A stretch of 64,000 nt of DNA, taken from the NCBI GenBank assembly GCA_036172245.1, contig JAYWIR010000016.1:1302001-1366000 (forward strand). The letters run 5' to 3'. Position numbers and translations under genes: made by a program. Shown in pieces: positions 1-12,600 of the stretch; within the stretch, counting starts at the first letter, position 1, and the number at the start of each line of letters is the position of its first letter. The DNA is from Raillietiella orientalis (taxonomy: Eukaryota). Under the pieces are notes generated by a model. The model was not told the origin of the DNA and made no database searches. It saw nothing but the letters and a program-made list of their open reading frames with translations.

Positions 1-2239
1 TTTGCGGGGACCTTGGAGAAAACCGTGCACGTGACGCGGTCGCGTACACAGATGACCGACAGGACCATTCATTTTTCAGACAGTAAACTATTATTTGGGA
101 TTTCAAGAGTTTTTTGTGTAGATCAGCAACTGCATGAAAAGAGAAACGGTTCGGGTTAAGTGGAATTGGGATTGTGATGTCACTGGCAAAGATAAAAAAG
201 GGCAGATCAAGGAAGATGAAAACGGGGCAGAAGTGACAGCTTCCGATCTACCCCGGGACCTTTTTAATCCTCGGATAGTTTTCGAGTCGCCCTGAGGAAG
301 CCTGTGGAAAGTCTTCTGCTGAAGAGAATCCGCGCTGCCAGAAGCTGCAGAGAGATGCGAATTCGAAGCAAAAGTTTCGGTAGACCCAACTTTCACAATT
401 AGACATTGAGCTCGCCGTGTGCAAAACTGAAATCTTCGGGTCCGAATCTGTCCTTATGAACCAGATTTTGGCGAGTAGTGAACTGCATGTGTAAAAAACC
501 TTAAGTGAAGGTCGAAACAATCCGGTGAAGATATGTGAAAAAAAAAAAAAAAAAAAGTTTTATCTTTAATCTCTTCGATTTCCTCCAGCTGCTCGTAATG
601 GACTTGAGGTTAGCTTACGACGTTTCCATTTCGTTTTTGATGGATGGTGCAAGTTGACCGATGGCCAGTAAACGCAGTCGGCCGCGATCAAAGGATTGCG
701 TCGTGCAGGGTTTCTCTCCTGTCGGAATATTGCACTTAAACTCAACTCTCGTCGACGCAAACAGAACGTCAGTATGAGCGTATGCGGATTTGTTTCGTAC
801 ACGCTTCCCGATTGCATTAAGGATGCAGTCGAGCGAGATTCGTGTGTCCGATGGCATTCGTGACTTGCCATAAAGTCCGATGGTCGCCTCCGTGCTGTGA
901 TTGTACGCTGATTTGCTTGCAACGCCCTGGACGTTCGAAAATTTAGAAAATTTGTGGCCAACTGGCGTGATTTTTTTTTTGTTTTGTTTTGTTCGGCGTT
1001 GGTGTATCCCTTTTGTGCTTTCTCTGCATCGTGTGCTGCAGATGCGTTCCGCACATGCCTTCTCCAATCTCGCGGCTCCCATTAGCACTTGCATTTATTC
1101 ACCAGCGTAATATGGCACGCACACCCACCCTTGTTTGGACAGTGGCTGTAAACACACTGGCCACGGGCGAAAAATGGCCTCGATGCTTCTTCGTTCGGAG
1201 CGCTTGTTTACGAGCGGAGCCATGTGCGTATTGATTTCTGGAGACGAAGGATCATCGCGTAGGATGCAAAAGAGCAGCAGAAGTGAGTATTCTCATCCCA
1301 ATTCGTTTTCGCTTGGGTTCGACTCGTTTCGCGAGCGCACGAAACGCGGGGTTTTCCGGGAAGGTCTCCTCCTGTCCTCTGCGTTCCCTCGTCGGCGAAG
1401 AGTCATGTAGTTTGGGGCTTCCGCCGTGGAAAAGAGGGTTTCCGGCGCCAGCCTCTGGCGTCCTTTCCGGGAGCGAAGTTTACCTCGGCCGTGCCTCTGG
1501 AACGAGGCACTCTGATTGCAGTTGCCTTAACCACGTCGTCGCCGTTCTGGTCCGTGATGTTGTTTGTTCTGCGTCCGTTCGCCGTCGATGGTACGAGCAG
1601 CAGAAGCGAGACTCTGCAAGGGCGCTGCAAGGATTCTTCATAACGAGTGTCCCGTCTGTCTGGTCTTGTCACGTTTGATCATTGATCCGCGGCTTGGTTC
1701 GGTCTGGCTTCACTCATGCCCGGTGAGAGTGCAAAAGAAAATTCCTGGATCCGTTTCCCGGAAGCTGCAGTCCCTGTTCCGATTCCGTTTCCCATGATGG
1801 AATGCAGCGGTGCACCCCTGAGCTTCTTCGGTGTTCTCGGTCGCTCGTGCCGATCGCTTGGGACCGCTGGTTCGTGTGCTGGTTTGCAGCCTCTCGTGTT
1901 ATCTCTGCATCTCTCGTGTTCCTTGTGCATTTCTTTTCCTGTTGGCTCTTAGGTTTTCGTGTGTTTGGTCTTTTTCTTTTAATTTCAGCATTTCCGAAAG
2001 TGACTTTTTTTTTCCCCTTTTTTTTTGGGGGGGATCTTTGTTCTGCTCTCTCCAGCACAGTACACGGGAAGCAATGCTTGTCAGCCGGGTCGAGTATTTT
2101 CATACTCTTACAGACAGCGATCCAGACGCAGTTTCCAATGTTGTGCTTTCGTTTACTTTGCAATTGGTTTGACAGCTGGTTGTGCCGGGGCATTTGTTTA
2201 TAAATAAATAAATAAACATGCAGGAGTCGGTGGCGTGTG

Positions 2240-2630
2240 GGAAGAGATCACAATCTGTGACAGTGTGTCCTCTGCGATGCTTCTCGGGGTGCCGACGAGC
2301 TTCTCGCAGCAGCCCAGGTGGGAGAATCTATCCCGAGGGACCGAGTGGCGAAAAGGTGGGGGCTCCCCTCTTCGTTGCTGTAGGTCCCGGCCGGCCTCGC
2401 ACCCTGCTGCGACGACGACGCGTACGCAGCATAGTCGCTGCGATCGCATCTGCGGGGTGGCATGGCAACTGGTTGCCGTGCGCTTTCAAAAAAAGCACCT
2501 GCCCGGGGAGCCCATCATCTCTGGCCCGGTCCGGCTCCCTTCCGGCATCCCAGTAGCCATTCCTGTGCGATCTGGAAAGCTGTTGACATATTGGAATCAC
2601 GCTGTCCGTTTTTAACAACATCTCCGTCAC
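2240..2630 (-). pseudogene. Degenerate non-LTR retrotransposon RT N-terminal fragment
   Basis: Minus-strand frames give DDGLPGQVLFLK (cf. PGPDG.P..LK), ATKRG (cf. IPK.G) and RFSHLGCCEKLV (cf. RPISLL...KL) in the expected order, broken by frameshifts. Confidence 0.35.
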
Positions 2631-5227
2631 TTCGAGTACTCCTTGGTTCTCCCGTGGAGAGACGATCGCCCGTCCAGCCTTTCGTGTTTTCTAAGGTCAC
2701 GCGTTTATCATCCGTGGCGTTCTTTATTGTTTCAGGGATTGGCCGCATTCACCCTTTGCGTTATCGGTGCTCTTAAGAGATAGCTGTTATTTATTCACTA
2801 TTATTTTTTTCTTTTACCTAATGACTCAATTCTTTGCTTTGAATCATTTCAGCCGTATTCTTGGCTTGCCAAGAATCTGAAACGTAGTCCATGGGCTTAA
2901 TAGTAGTTAATATATCCTTGCCTCATCAAAGTCAGCCGTAAGCATTCGGCCTCTTGAGATACAAATTGAACACGGATTCTTCTGTGTGGCTAAGCGCGTT
3001 CCTTGCGTTAGGCATTCGCTATTTGGGAACGCCTTCTCCGCGAAGCCTGGAAGGGTCTCGGAAGAAATCGTTCCCCATCCGGCTGGGATGCGTTCGTGAG
3101 ACGAATGGAAAGGAAGATGGGAAGCAAAAACACAAAAAGTTTGTTCGCGAATCTCGAGATCGCGTATCTGTCAACTCATCAGCAACCGACGAAGCACTCA
3201 GAAATAGATTTCGAGTGAAACATCGAAAGAGGTGCGGCGGGGTGGGTAAAACCTGCTATTCCTAGAAACCAAAGCGAGAATTCTAAAATCAGTCCTTTTT
3301 TTTTTTTTTTTTTTTTTTTTTCCCCTTCGTCGTTGTTGTTTTTTGTTTTTGCTGTGTATCCCGATACGGAATTCCCTCTCTGATTGGGATCCAAAAAGCA
3401 ATCACTGATTAGAGAAGCAGCCGCGTTCTCTTTCCGTGATTACACGTTTACGCAGGGAGGTACCCTCACTCCGGCTGGTGAAGGTTCACCGGCCGGGATG
3501 AAAAGAATCAACTTGAGCACACGGGAGTGCAGTTCCGGATCGCCTTGTCGACGGAGAATCCTCCCGAAAGGGAAATTCTGTGGGTAGTGGGAAATGGGCA
3601 GGCTTGCGGGGGCGCCCGGCCCTTCTTTGTGCCCTGCATGCTTTGGTGAGATAGGGAAGCAGCAGGAAAGTAGCGAGAAGTGATGGTTTCCCTCGAAACT
3701 CCTGTCTGCTTTGCTCGGTAGCATTTGCGATGATTCAGTCCACGGTTCGGGAGCAGGCGTGGGAGGTGCCGTGAGTGGGCGTCACCTGGGGATCGCGGCG
3801 ATGTTGCCCGAATTCGTTGGCGGGGTGTAGGTACGCCCAAATCACGCCCGGCTGCTTTACTCGTGCGATGCAAACCTGGAAACATCCTCTGAAGAAAAAA
3901 AAAAAAAAAAAAAATGGCTGAAGAGGAGATGTGTGAGTGCGACGAAACTGCGCAGGATCCGCCACCAGGTGGGGGAGTAGCCCCGACGGGAGGGAGGCAG
4001 GCGGGCGCTCGTTTCGGAGCACCTCCCACAGGCGACAGGCTGAAGAGGCGTAGAGCAGAACCAGAGAGTTCTTGTGTTGGACGGGATAACCATGGATGCC
4101 CCTCTCCCGTATGTCCGGAACAGGTAGAAGGACTCGACGCGATCACAGCAAGTCAGCTGTTTTACACGACAGCCGTGTAATTGAGGCGGAAGGTGGATCG
4201 CTGCGGAGGTACGGCGTCTGCCTTTTCTCCAGACTCGGAGTGTGGGTTCGTTTGGAACGGCGGGAGTCCCAGATCCGTGAAGAAGGGCCGTTGCCGCGCA
4301 GAGTTCTCGAATCGGAGCCCTCCCGGCACCAGGGTACCCCCCACGTTTTGGAGCGAGCCGCGAGAAAGCTTCGGAAGCTGGCGTTCCCACCACGGACGGA
4401 TCCGGAAATCGGGGTCCCTGATTATCGTGTTGACACGACACGATGACAGCGAAAGTTTTCCTTGCAGGATCCGACTTTATGGCTTGTTTTTGTTTCGATC
4501 GACGATGTTCATGAAGACAGCCACGTGGAGCGTGCTCTCGTTCAGAAGGGATTTGGGGAGAGAGGGGGGGAGGCAGATAATTGGTTCATGTTTCGGGCTT
4601 CCCCTTCCCCTCCCCCCTCCCTTCCCTGTGGGGGCGTCAGGGGGACACTGAATTGGAGGATGCGGTAAGTCAAAGCGGATCTCGTCGTGTAGGAACTTGT
4701 CTGGGCCTGAAAGGCTCGCGCGCAAAGTCTTGATTGATTTCTCTTTTGGAGCTTTTCTGTTTGCCCTCTTCCCCTTTTGAAGTTGCAGCCATTTCACCTT
4801 GAAAGAGCGCTGATGAAAATTCTCTTTTGTGAGTTGAAGCGTTGCGTTGCTTCACCGGGACTCGGCGGTGATGGATCCGTGTGGGGGGTCACGCTTGCTT
4901 TGCCTGTAATTGGGTACAAGGAGAACGGAACTTTGCAGCTACTACGGAGACGAAGAATCTGGATGTAGACAAGCGTTTCTGCTGTGCTCGTGACAACACC
5001 TCTTAAAACTGAATTAGTCTTCGGGAGCAGCGGAGAAGGATTCGAACGATTTATAACGTGCATCTTAAGAAAAAAAAAAAAGGAAAAAGGAAACCTTCCA
5101 AACTGTCTCCAGATTTCAACTCTGCCCACAGTATGATAAAAGACGGAAAGGTGTAAAAATGGTGGAGAGCTCTCTCTCCCTTTCATGCTTTTTTTTTTTC
5201 TTCTTTGTATTCCCTCTTTACTCAACG

Positions 5228-5390
5228 AGTAAATCTGTTCTTATCCAGCTTAATAGCTGATGCACCACCTATCTGGTGGTGGCCAGTGTGTTAGGCTACT
5301 TTTTTGGAAGCGGACGGCATGCTTGTAGGTTGCTCCTCGCCTGTCGTCTGCTGACCTGGCGTCGAAGCACCTCTGGGGTGGGTCTCGTAC
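5228..5390 (+). ncRNA. U2: U2 snRNA-like sequence (variant or pseudogene, 5'-truncated)
   Basis: ATCTGTTCTTATCCAGCTTAATAGCTGAT matches the U2 stem IIa region. Stem IIb is CACCACC-TATCT-GGTGGTG. An Sm-like ACTTTTTTTGGA and TTGCTCC follow. GACCTGGCGTCGAAGCACCTCTGGG resembles U2 stem-loop IV (GACCTGGTATTGCAGTACCTCCAGG). Confidence 0.8.
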
Positions 5391-5444
5391 TTCCCCTCAC
5401 GGGAGGACCACTACACGCAAAGGCAAAGAGTAAGATTACGTCCT

Positions 5445-5604
5445 TCTGCAGCACACAGGCGGGTGTGTGGACAGGAGAAGGAGCAAGCTCCAAGCGCTTC
5501 GTCCACTTGCGAAAAAATAGTCTAATGTACTGGCCACCTGATAGGTGGCGTATCAGATAGTAAGCTGATAAGAACAGATTTTCAATAAAAAAGGCCGAGA
5601 CTAT
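5445..5604 (-). ncRNA. U2: U2 snRNA-like sequence (variant or pseudogene, branch-point-recognition region absent)
   Basis: The reverse complement reads ATAGTCTCGGCCTTTT (U2 5' end), TTATTGAAA, ATCTGTTCTTATCAGCTTACTATCTGATAC (stem IIa), GCCACCT-ATC-AGGTGGC (IIb), ATTTTTTCG (Sm-like), then GTGGAC..GGAGCTTGCTCC..GTCCAC (stem III). Stem IV is partial. Confidence 0.85.
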
Positions 5605-6678
5605 TGCTGTTTCGAAGAGAACCGCAGGGCCTCCCTCACCTTATCTCGGCAGTCTTATGGGGCAGTCCTCCAGATGCGTTCGATATCTCAAGGCCCAAGG
5701 AAAAACGCGAGGGAACCAGACTCCAGTCTTTCGAAAGTACGCATCGCCCGCTGCGTTCGTCTTTTCTTGCCATCGCAAGATCTCAAATCCACTACCAGCT
5801 TCCGTGTGTGTGGATAGTACCGACCAGGAGAAATGATCCATCCAGGTGTTCTGGTTCAGACGCGAAATTCCGGTGGAGGTGAGGAATTCGGATGCGTTAC
5901 CCATTAGAGATATGTATCAATACGCCTGCCGTCTTTTGCCACTGTTTCCTGAAGCAGTTCGGTTCAGGCACACTGGCGGCAGCGGGCAGATCGCTGTCTC
6001 CGGATGATATGCTGCCCTTGGTTTCATCTCGTGGAAAGCTTCCCGATTGCTGGATGCCAACGGAATCAAATTCTGCACTGGCAGCATCAGAAAACCGATA
6101 ATCTCTCTTTTGTTCCGGGCGATTTTTATCCCGCAAGTGTTGGTGACTGTGTGCTTTGAAGCTGCTCGCTCTTCAGCGATTGTGTCGTATGGCATCATTA
6201 GAATTTCATCTCTTGCAGATGACTGTAAGAACATCGCTAGGATTTTGGTGGAACTCCTACGAAGGAACTGCAGCATCTACCGAACCACATCGATCCCTGC
6301 GAGCAAGTTGCAGTAGAAGTTGCGATGCCGATGCTCAAATGCATTCCTTTCGAAGAAGGAAAGAATGCATTTTTCACGTAGGAACCAGAGAATGTGGGAT
6401 AAAAGACATCCGGGACACTTCGCTTCTGCGCCAATTGTGTTTTTATATCGCAAAACGCAGTGATGTGCGTGTGGACATGAATAAACGATTTTTTCAAGTC
6501 AAAAAAAATCTTGAACTGGTAGTTTGCATCATGGTTCATAAAAATGATGGGACAGTCGATATTTGCAAAGGCAGCTTCTTGAACGGATGGACACTTCGAG
6601 ACTTCCGCTTAGGTATCTGATCAGCAGACCGGTAGGGCGGTCGGACAGAAAGTAGCGCTGTAGAAGATGACCGATGTG

Positions 6679-6711
6679 GATGACGTGGCGGTGTGTCACC
6701 GCCACGTCATC
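6679..6711. repeat. Perfect inverted repeat/hairpin (15-bp stem, 3-nt loop)
   Basis: GATGACGTGGCGGTG-TGT-CACCGCCACGTCATC. Confidence 0.9.
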
Positions 6712-9255
6712 TCATTACTGGTCGTCCGCTGCAAAGCTTCGTAAGGTAGCCAAAAGCAAAAGAGAGGCTGCTCTGGATTGTGGTGCAACATGGTTGATTG
6801 GACCTGTGCCATCCGTCTGCGGATTCCACCGCCGCGGAGGTGCACTGCGCCACATTACCTGACGTGTCAGCCCTCTTTCAATTCCAAAACTTTTCAGGAG
6901 CACATCAAAACGCAGTAGGTTGCGGAGGACCCGTGTATTACGCATGAGGCCGCGTTATTGGGAATCGGTGCACCGTGTTGTTTCACCGAAGCAGCCTCTC
7001 AAGTCTTCGGTTGGGATGCCCGTGTACGCCCGTGAACCGTAACACGCAGTGGTGACCGTTTTCTGCGGATGTCTGAAACTGCGGGAGGTTTGCTCGCTCC
7101 AGCTTCCCCGCGTTTTAGCTCCGTGGTGCCATCTGACCGCGTGTGCCCCCTTTGGTGCCTCCACTGTCACCTCAACTCCGAGACTGCGTGAGCTCCTGCA
7201 GAGGTGTGCACAGCACTCAGGAAGCTGCAGGAGACGTCCCCGTTGTCGAGGTGTCGTGTTGTGCTTCAGCTCATGTTTGTTGACTTTCTTGGGATGTTGC
7301 ACGGGGATCCGTTTCCGTAGCAATTCGATCGCAGGCGGCTCTGCCCGGGTTTTTCCTTTTTTGCCCGCAAAAAAAAAAAAAAAGGAAAAGAGGAAGAGAT
7401 GAAGGAAAAAACATTTTACGTGCTGTGAAAAGCGACCGGTTGACAAGAGAGGCATAAAATTCGTCTCGCTGACGGCTCAAACAGCTGGTTCTCTTTATTT
7501 GCGTGTCAGCTGTCAATCTGTCATGCGCGGTGTCCTTGCTTCCGAGTCGGCAAGAGTGTGGATCCATAATACTCAGTAATGCGTATCCGAACGTCAGCTA
7601 GTCACTCTCTTCTCTCGAAAGTTCCAGCCTGCCTATCGCTGCTTATTAGCATGCGTCCTCGCTGGCACGCAACGAACTCTTTTCATGTCGAGACGTTGCC
7701 GGTGCTCAGCAGTCAGCCGTTTCTTCATCTGCAAGCGGCGAAGATCGCTACGGAGCGCTTGCATCATCCCCTTTGTGTTTCGAACGTCCAGGTAGGGCAC
7801 AGGCCCTGCGCCCTGTGCCCATCTTCAGCGCGGAGGAGATCAGGGGCGAGAGCAACAGGAAGAAGAAAAAACGGATTCGACCGTGGCAGCTGAGCTTCGA
7901 AACGGTTCGTCAAAGGAACGGTCTCCATTCCCGTTGCCTGCGCGACCATCACATTGTGTTTATTCGGGGAAACTTTCGGTTAGATTCCGTTTCCGTGAAG
8001 CAAAAAAAGAGAAAAAAAGGGGGGGGGGGAGCCCACGGAAAAAGCGGGAATTGACAGTAGCAATAAAACTTAATAAGGAATTATCCGGAGCTGCTCAGAT
8101 TATTTCCAGAGCTGGCGATAGAACTCCAGCGAAAGAAGTGGATGGAGAACATTTAAGAGTTGGAAACCGGGACCCAGTGTCAACAGAAGATGCTCTGTTT
8201 TCAGAATGTGGTAGGCGTGGTCGGAACAGGACAGTTCCCTTGGTACTCAGACGTAAGATGAAATGACAAGTGGATGTTCCTCCAACTTAGGCCTGTGGAA
8301 ACAGCATGCTGCCTCTTAGCGGGGGAGGAAAAAAATTGGCCTGACCTTAACATGTGGTTCTCCTTTCTTTTCTTCTTGACCCCGGGGATAAGTGGGTCCA
8401 GATTTCGCCGGAGAGATGTCCCGGAAGAAAGAAACTTGCTCCCGTCTTTGTTGACTTTGAACTTTCCGGTCGGATTTCTTATCTTAGCTCTGCATCTGCA
8501 CCGAATGTTCTTCTTAATAGATCAAAAGTGTCTGTCCGTTACATAAAGTGTAATGGATTGTGGCAGGAAGCGTAATATTCGGTGGATTACTAACCGAGCC
8601 TGCTCCGTGATGGCTCAAATATTTCCTCTTCGTGGTTGTATTCTGAGTGTTTTTTTTTTTTTTTTCTCGATCTTGATAGTTCGCTTCGGAGCCCAACTAA
8701 TAACGGATGAATTCAGAATGATACATCAGCATCTCCCTGATGCACTTTCGCAAGCTTCTTTTGCACAGTTGCTTCAAGGATTCAAAGAAAAACAAATTTC
8801 ATGAATCATTTGAATTCTATTATCGTTATTTCACATCCATGATCTTCTTCTAAATCCTCATCCTTTTGCAGAAATTGAATTCAATTTCCAAAAGCTTTCG
8901 TGCTGTTTCCGGTGCCGAACTTGGGGGAGCCGAACGACGTACCTGAGTGATGGCAAGTGCTATGCTGAAGCTTTCCCTTTTCCAGCAGTGGGACACAGGA
9001 TACTTGCGGGGATAATTGTGCATTTGTCTCTATCATCTATGAATAGGTGTTCGATAAGTTGGCAGTCATCGTTCGGAGTACTCGAATAACGCACTCTTTG
9101 TACAATCAGTCATGGACCCATCGGGATTGCGTCCGTTTTTTAATGCTAGCTGATTGTGCATTAAGCGACGGACATTTTAATAATAAATGCCGAGTTGTGT
9201 CACGGCATTTATTATTAAAATAATAACAATAATGAAACTACACTTTTGTGGTAGA

Positions 9256-9293
9256 ATTGCACGTGGTAGCCACTTTGGGCTACCACGTGCAAT
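9256..9293. repeat. Perfect inverted repeat/hairpin (16-bp stem, 6-nt loop)
   Basis: ATTGCACGTGGTAGCC-ACTTTG-GGCTACCACGTGCAAT. Confidence 0.95.
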
Positions 9294-9327
9294 GAATGAA
9301 GCTGCCAAAGACTCGTATGCGGACCGG

Positions 9328-9652
9328 CAGTGGGAGGCTTGGACCTGTGGGCGGAACACACGAAACGTGCCCTGCCGTGCTCCCCGAGGTGTTTCAGTGG
9401 GAGGCTTGGACCTGTGGGCGGAACACACGAAACGTGCCCTGCCGTGCTCCCCGAGGTGTTTCAGTGGGAGGCTTCGACCTGTGGGCGGAACACACGAAAC
9501 GTGCCCTGCCCGTGCCCCCCCGATGTGTTTCAGTGGGAGGCTTCGACCTGTGGGCGGAACACACGAAACGTGCCCTGCCCGTGCCCCCCCGATGTGTTTC
9601 AGTGGGAGGCTTGGACCTGTGGGCGGAACACACGAAACGTGCCCTGCCCGTG
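9328..9652. repeat. Minisatellite, ~4.8 copies of a 67-69-bp unit
   Basis: The unit CAGTGGGAGGCTTGGACCTGTGGGCGGAACACACGAAACGTGCCCTGCCGTGCTCCCCGAGGTGTTT starts at 9328, 9395, 9462, 9531 and 9600. Units are near-identical with no unique spacers. Confidence 0.97.
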
Positions 9653-12600
9653 GCGCATCCGTGGCTGCACCGCCATTGCGCAGCTGTTCTTCCATCACCT
9701 TCTTTCCCCTTCTTGGCACTCATTTACGGATCCTTTCACAAAAATCTTCCTCCGTTCAGTTTGGGAACACGGGAAATACTTCAGCGATGTTTCTTCGTAT
9801 TGAAATTTTAAAATGGCACATGAACTCGGCATGCACACAGTCTGACGCAGCTCTAAAGTAATACGATTGAAAAATGATACTGTTACCTTGGCTCCAAGCG
9901 ACTCCGGAACGTTTCCCGTGATGTTCATTCTGTGAAACGCTATATAACGCTGGTGCGAAAAGGTGTGGCAGGAACCATTACCATATGTTATTAAGGATGT
10001 GACGATGAGACAAATGCATATTTGGAAAAAATAAAGTGAAGCAAATTCCGTACTAGCACCGTCACCCGCGAAGGCTGTCAAAAGTGAGTTCCGGCTGAGT
10101 GTTGGACTGATTTTGATTTGTAGATTGGTGGATTCGGTGGAGAGTCTATCGGAAAGGAAACGAACAGAGAAAGCGTTCTTTCCAGCAGCAGTGGCGAAGG
10201 CGGCTTGAATGAGAGTGGACAGAAGCAGCATTCCTTGGCGTTCAGGCCAGCGGCCATACAAAACTGCGGAAAAGACATGGCGGAAGTTGATCGGGAGAAA
10301 ACAGGAATAGTTGTTACACAGTAACGGATGGTACAAAGAAGAAGAAGAAGAAGAAAACTAGCGCAATATTGTACTCGTCCAGCGTAGCATTTGGCTTGTT
10401 TTCCTGAGAGTCCGAGCACATTGAGAGGGCATTTAACGCAGTCTTGCAGCTTGGCTGGTCCTCGCGAGTCGAAAGCCCGGCGGGCCCGCAGCATTCGTCG
10501 GAAGAAAGTTCACTCTATCCTGGGGTTCTCGCGAGCAACCTCCAAGTGGTGGACCCCGAGACTTCCCAGAACTGCTGTCTGGACCCTGCTGCCAAAAATC
10601 TGAAGGGTGCGAGCGTGTTCCACACTTTCAAATCCAAGGTAGCCGACCGGACTCCACGTAGCCTGGAACTGGGACACGTGCAAGAAAAGCACGGTGCGCT
10701 ATTCGCTCCCTTTTGTACGCCGTCGAAATGAAGTTGTACGTTGTACGTTGGCCGCTTGGCGGGTACACACACACGAAGAAGAAAGAGATGCCGAGTACGG
10801 GGCATCGATAGCCGCATGGGAACTTCAGGGAACCCCAGACCAGAACTTGATTTATCGATCCCTGTGAACAAAGTGTGGATCGCATTCTGGATAATTAATT
10901 TGCACAGTGTGCCGCTACACGGGTCATAGATGGAAGCCACAACCGGACACGAATTAAGTGTTTCCGTTTTCGGAACACCATCGCCTCCGAAAAACTCCCG
11001 TGAGCAGCGCCTCACACAAAGATGCCCTTGTTGTTGTACGGAACCGTTTCTACCGCAGAAAGTCGGAAACAATTCCACAGGAAGCACTCCCACGTTTTAC
11101 TTCCGGTTTGTTCCTGAAGCTGTCCGTGATTTGTTGAACTTGCTCGGGTTCCCCCCCCCCCCCTATCCCTAAAGAACGAAATAAATCAGAAATGGAAATT
11201 TCACTCCTCAGATATCCGTTTGTTCTTTTCGCAGTTGCTTGAACATCCCTCAAACACTGCTGGAGACGAAGAGAAAACGTCGAAAGCATTTCTCCAGATC
11301 AAAAGTTTCATGAAAATAATGGTGCCCGTCGATCCTTGCAATTTCTGGATTCGGGAATCACAGATCGGGAATTTCCGAACGATCTCTCTGGATGGAAGTG
11401 GAATTGGTCGCTCCAGAATATTAGCTTTCGAAATTTTGCTGTTGTCGGCAATCCTTGTCCTTAAACAAGATCCTTGAAACTTCTGTAAACAATCTTATAA
11501 TTTTGCTGCTGTTGGCAACCAAGCAACCGAACATGAAAATGTGTGACATCTTAAAAAGGGTTCCCGCTGAAAAGCAAGACAGAAGCAAGCATGGTCATTG
11601 TCTTTAGGAAGCTTACGTCATCACCGTTTGATGGATGCAGAAAGGTCAGCTCATCAGCAGTTGCTTCGAGGATGTTCCAGTGCTTCTCTGAACACGGAGC
11701 CTTGCGAGGCACAGCTTGCGCTCCTGCAGCCAGCGAGTTCGGCTCCGAGAAGTCTCTTCGAAGACGGAGGCTGTGAGGGACTGTGCACGTCGACAGGAGG
11801 GAACCAGAAGTATCCAGCACTTGGGGTCCAGCGAGACATCCAAAAGATAACGGGAAATTCCACACAAATTGCGCATCCTTACGCGTCAGGAATGCCTCAG
11901 TGCCCACGGAGACACTAGATCACCACCGATCACTTCATCAAATGGGACGCAATGCATTTCCAGCTACCACCATCAACAGGCTCAAATCTGAGAAACGAAG
12001 GGTTAAAAAGCGCGGAAGAACAACCGCTCTTGAGGTTGCTGCACTTGCATTCCTGCTTGTGCTGCACCGCTTTCAGGAACCGGAGTTGGCGTTCCCTTCG
12101 AAAGCAGCTGCCTTTCCATCTTGCTGCTGCAGAATACCGAGTGCTTGGGTTTGCGTCTGGCATCCCTGCTGCTACCTCGTGAAGTCCTTAGCATGAGAAG
12201 AAGCGTTTTCTTCTCACGGCATTAGGGAGCCGCGGAGGGCGGCTTGCATGCTTGCCTGCAGGATTAAAAAGGCCCGGGGTCACTTCTTCCCAGAACTGAC
12301 AAAGGATGATAACCGGCAAATGGATAACGTGCTCCGCAAACAGTGTGGAGACGTGGGGAAGCGGATCGAAGCTCGATCCCGAATCCTCCGGGATCCACAT
12401 CGTTCATTGTGCAACACCAAGCAGCCAAGCGTCCCGGTCCGGCCCCTCCTCGAGCGGCGACTCGGTGATTTGGTTCCTTCCACGCAGGAAGTGGAGGGAT
12501 CTTCTTCGAGATCCGTACGCAGCTTCCGCCATCAGTGGATCTCGCGGCTCCACTTTCCATGTCGCTCTGCCCTTCGGTTAGTCCGCACTCTTCCTGCTTG

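Noticed and set aside
585..1290. Apparent chain of tiny GT-AG introns (36-50 nt) suggesting a compact gene
   Set aside because: I could not assemble a stop-free spliced ORF or recognise a domain, and short GT..AG pairs arise by chance.
4811..4845. CTGATGA hammerhead-like core (also at ~35166)
   Set aside because: There is no GAAA at the right position and no closing stems.
5880..6620. Possible DNA-transposase or host exon remnants
   Set aside because: It looks coding-like, but I can name no motif with confidence.
9328..9652. CRISPR array or hammerhead-ribozyme tandem array
   Set aside because: There are no unique spacers and no cas genes, and the context is eukaryotic. CGAAAC is present, but there is no CUGAUGA core or proper stem III cleavage site.
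9177..9861. Long ORFs on both strands
   Set aside because: They result from translating the minisatellite.
11220..11520. KLIFWSDQFHFH on the minus strand resembling the Tc1/mariner first-Asp motif
   Set aside because: It is a single short motif, with no further DDE residues or TIRs found.
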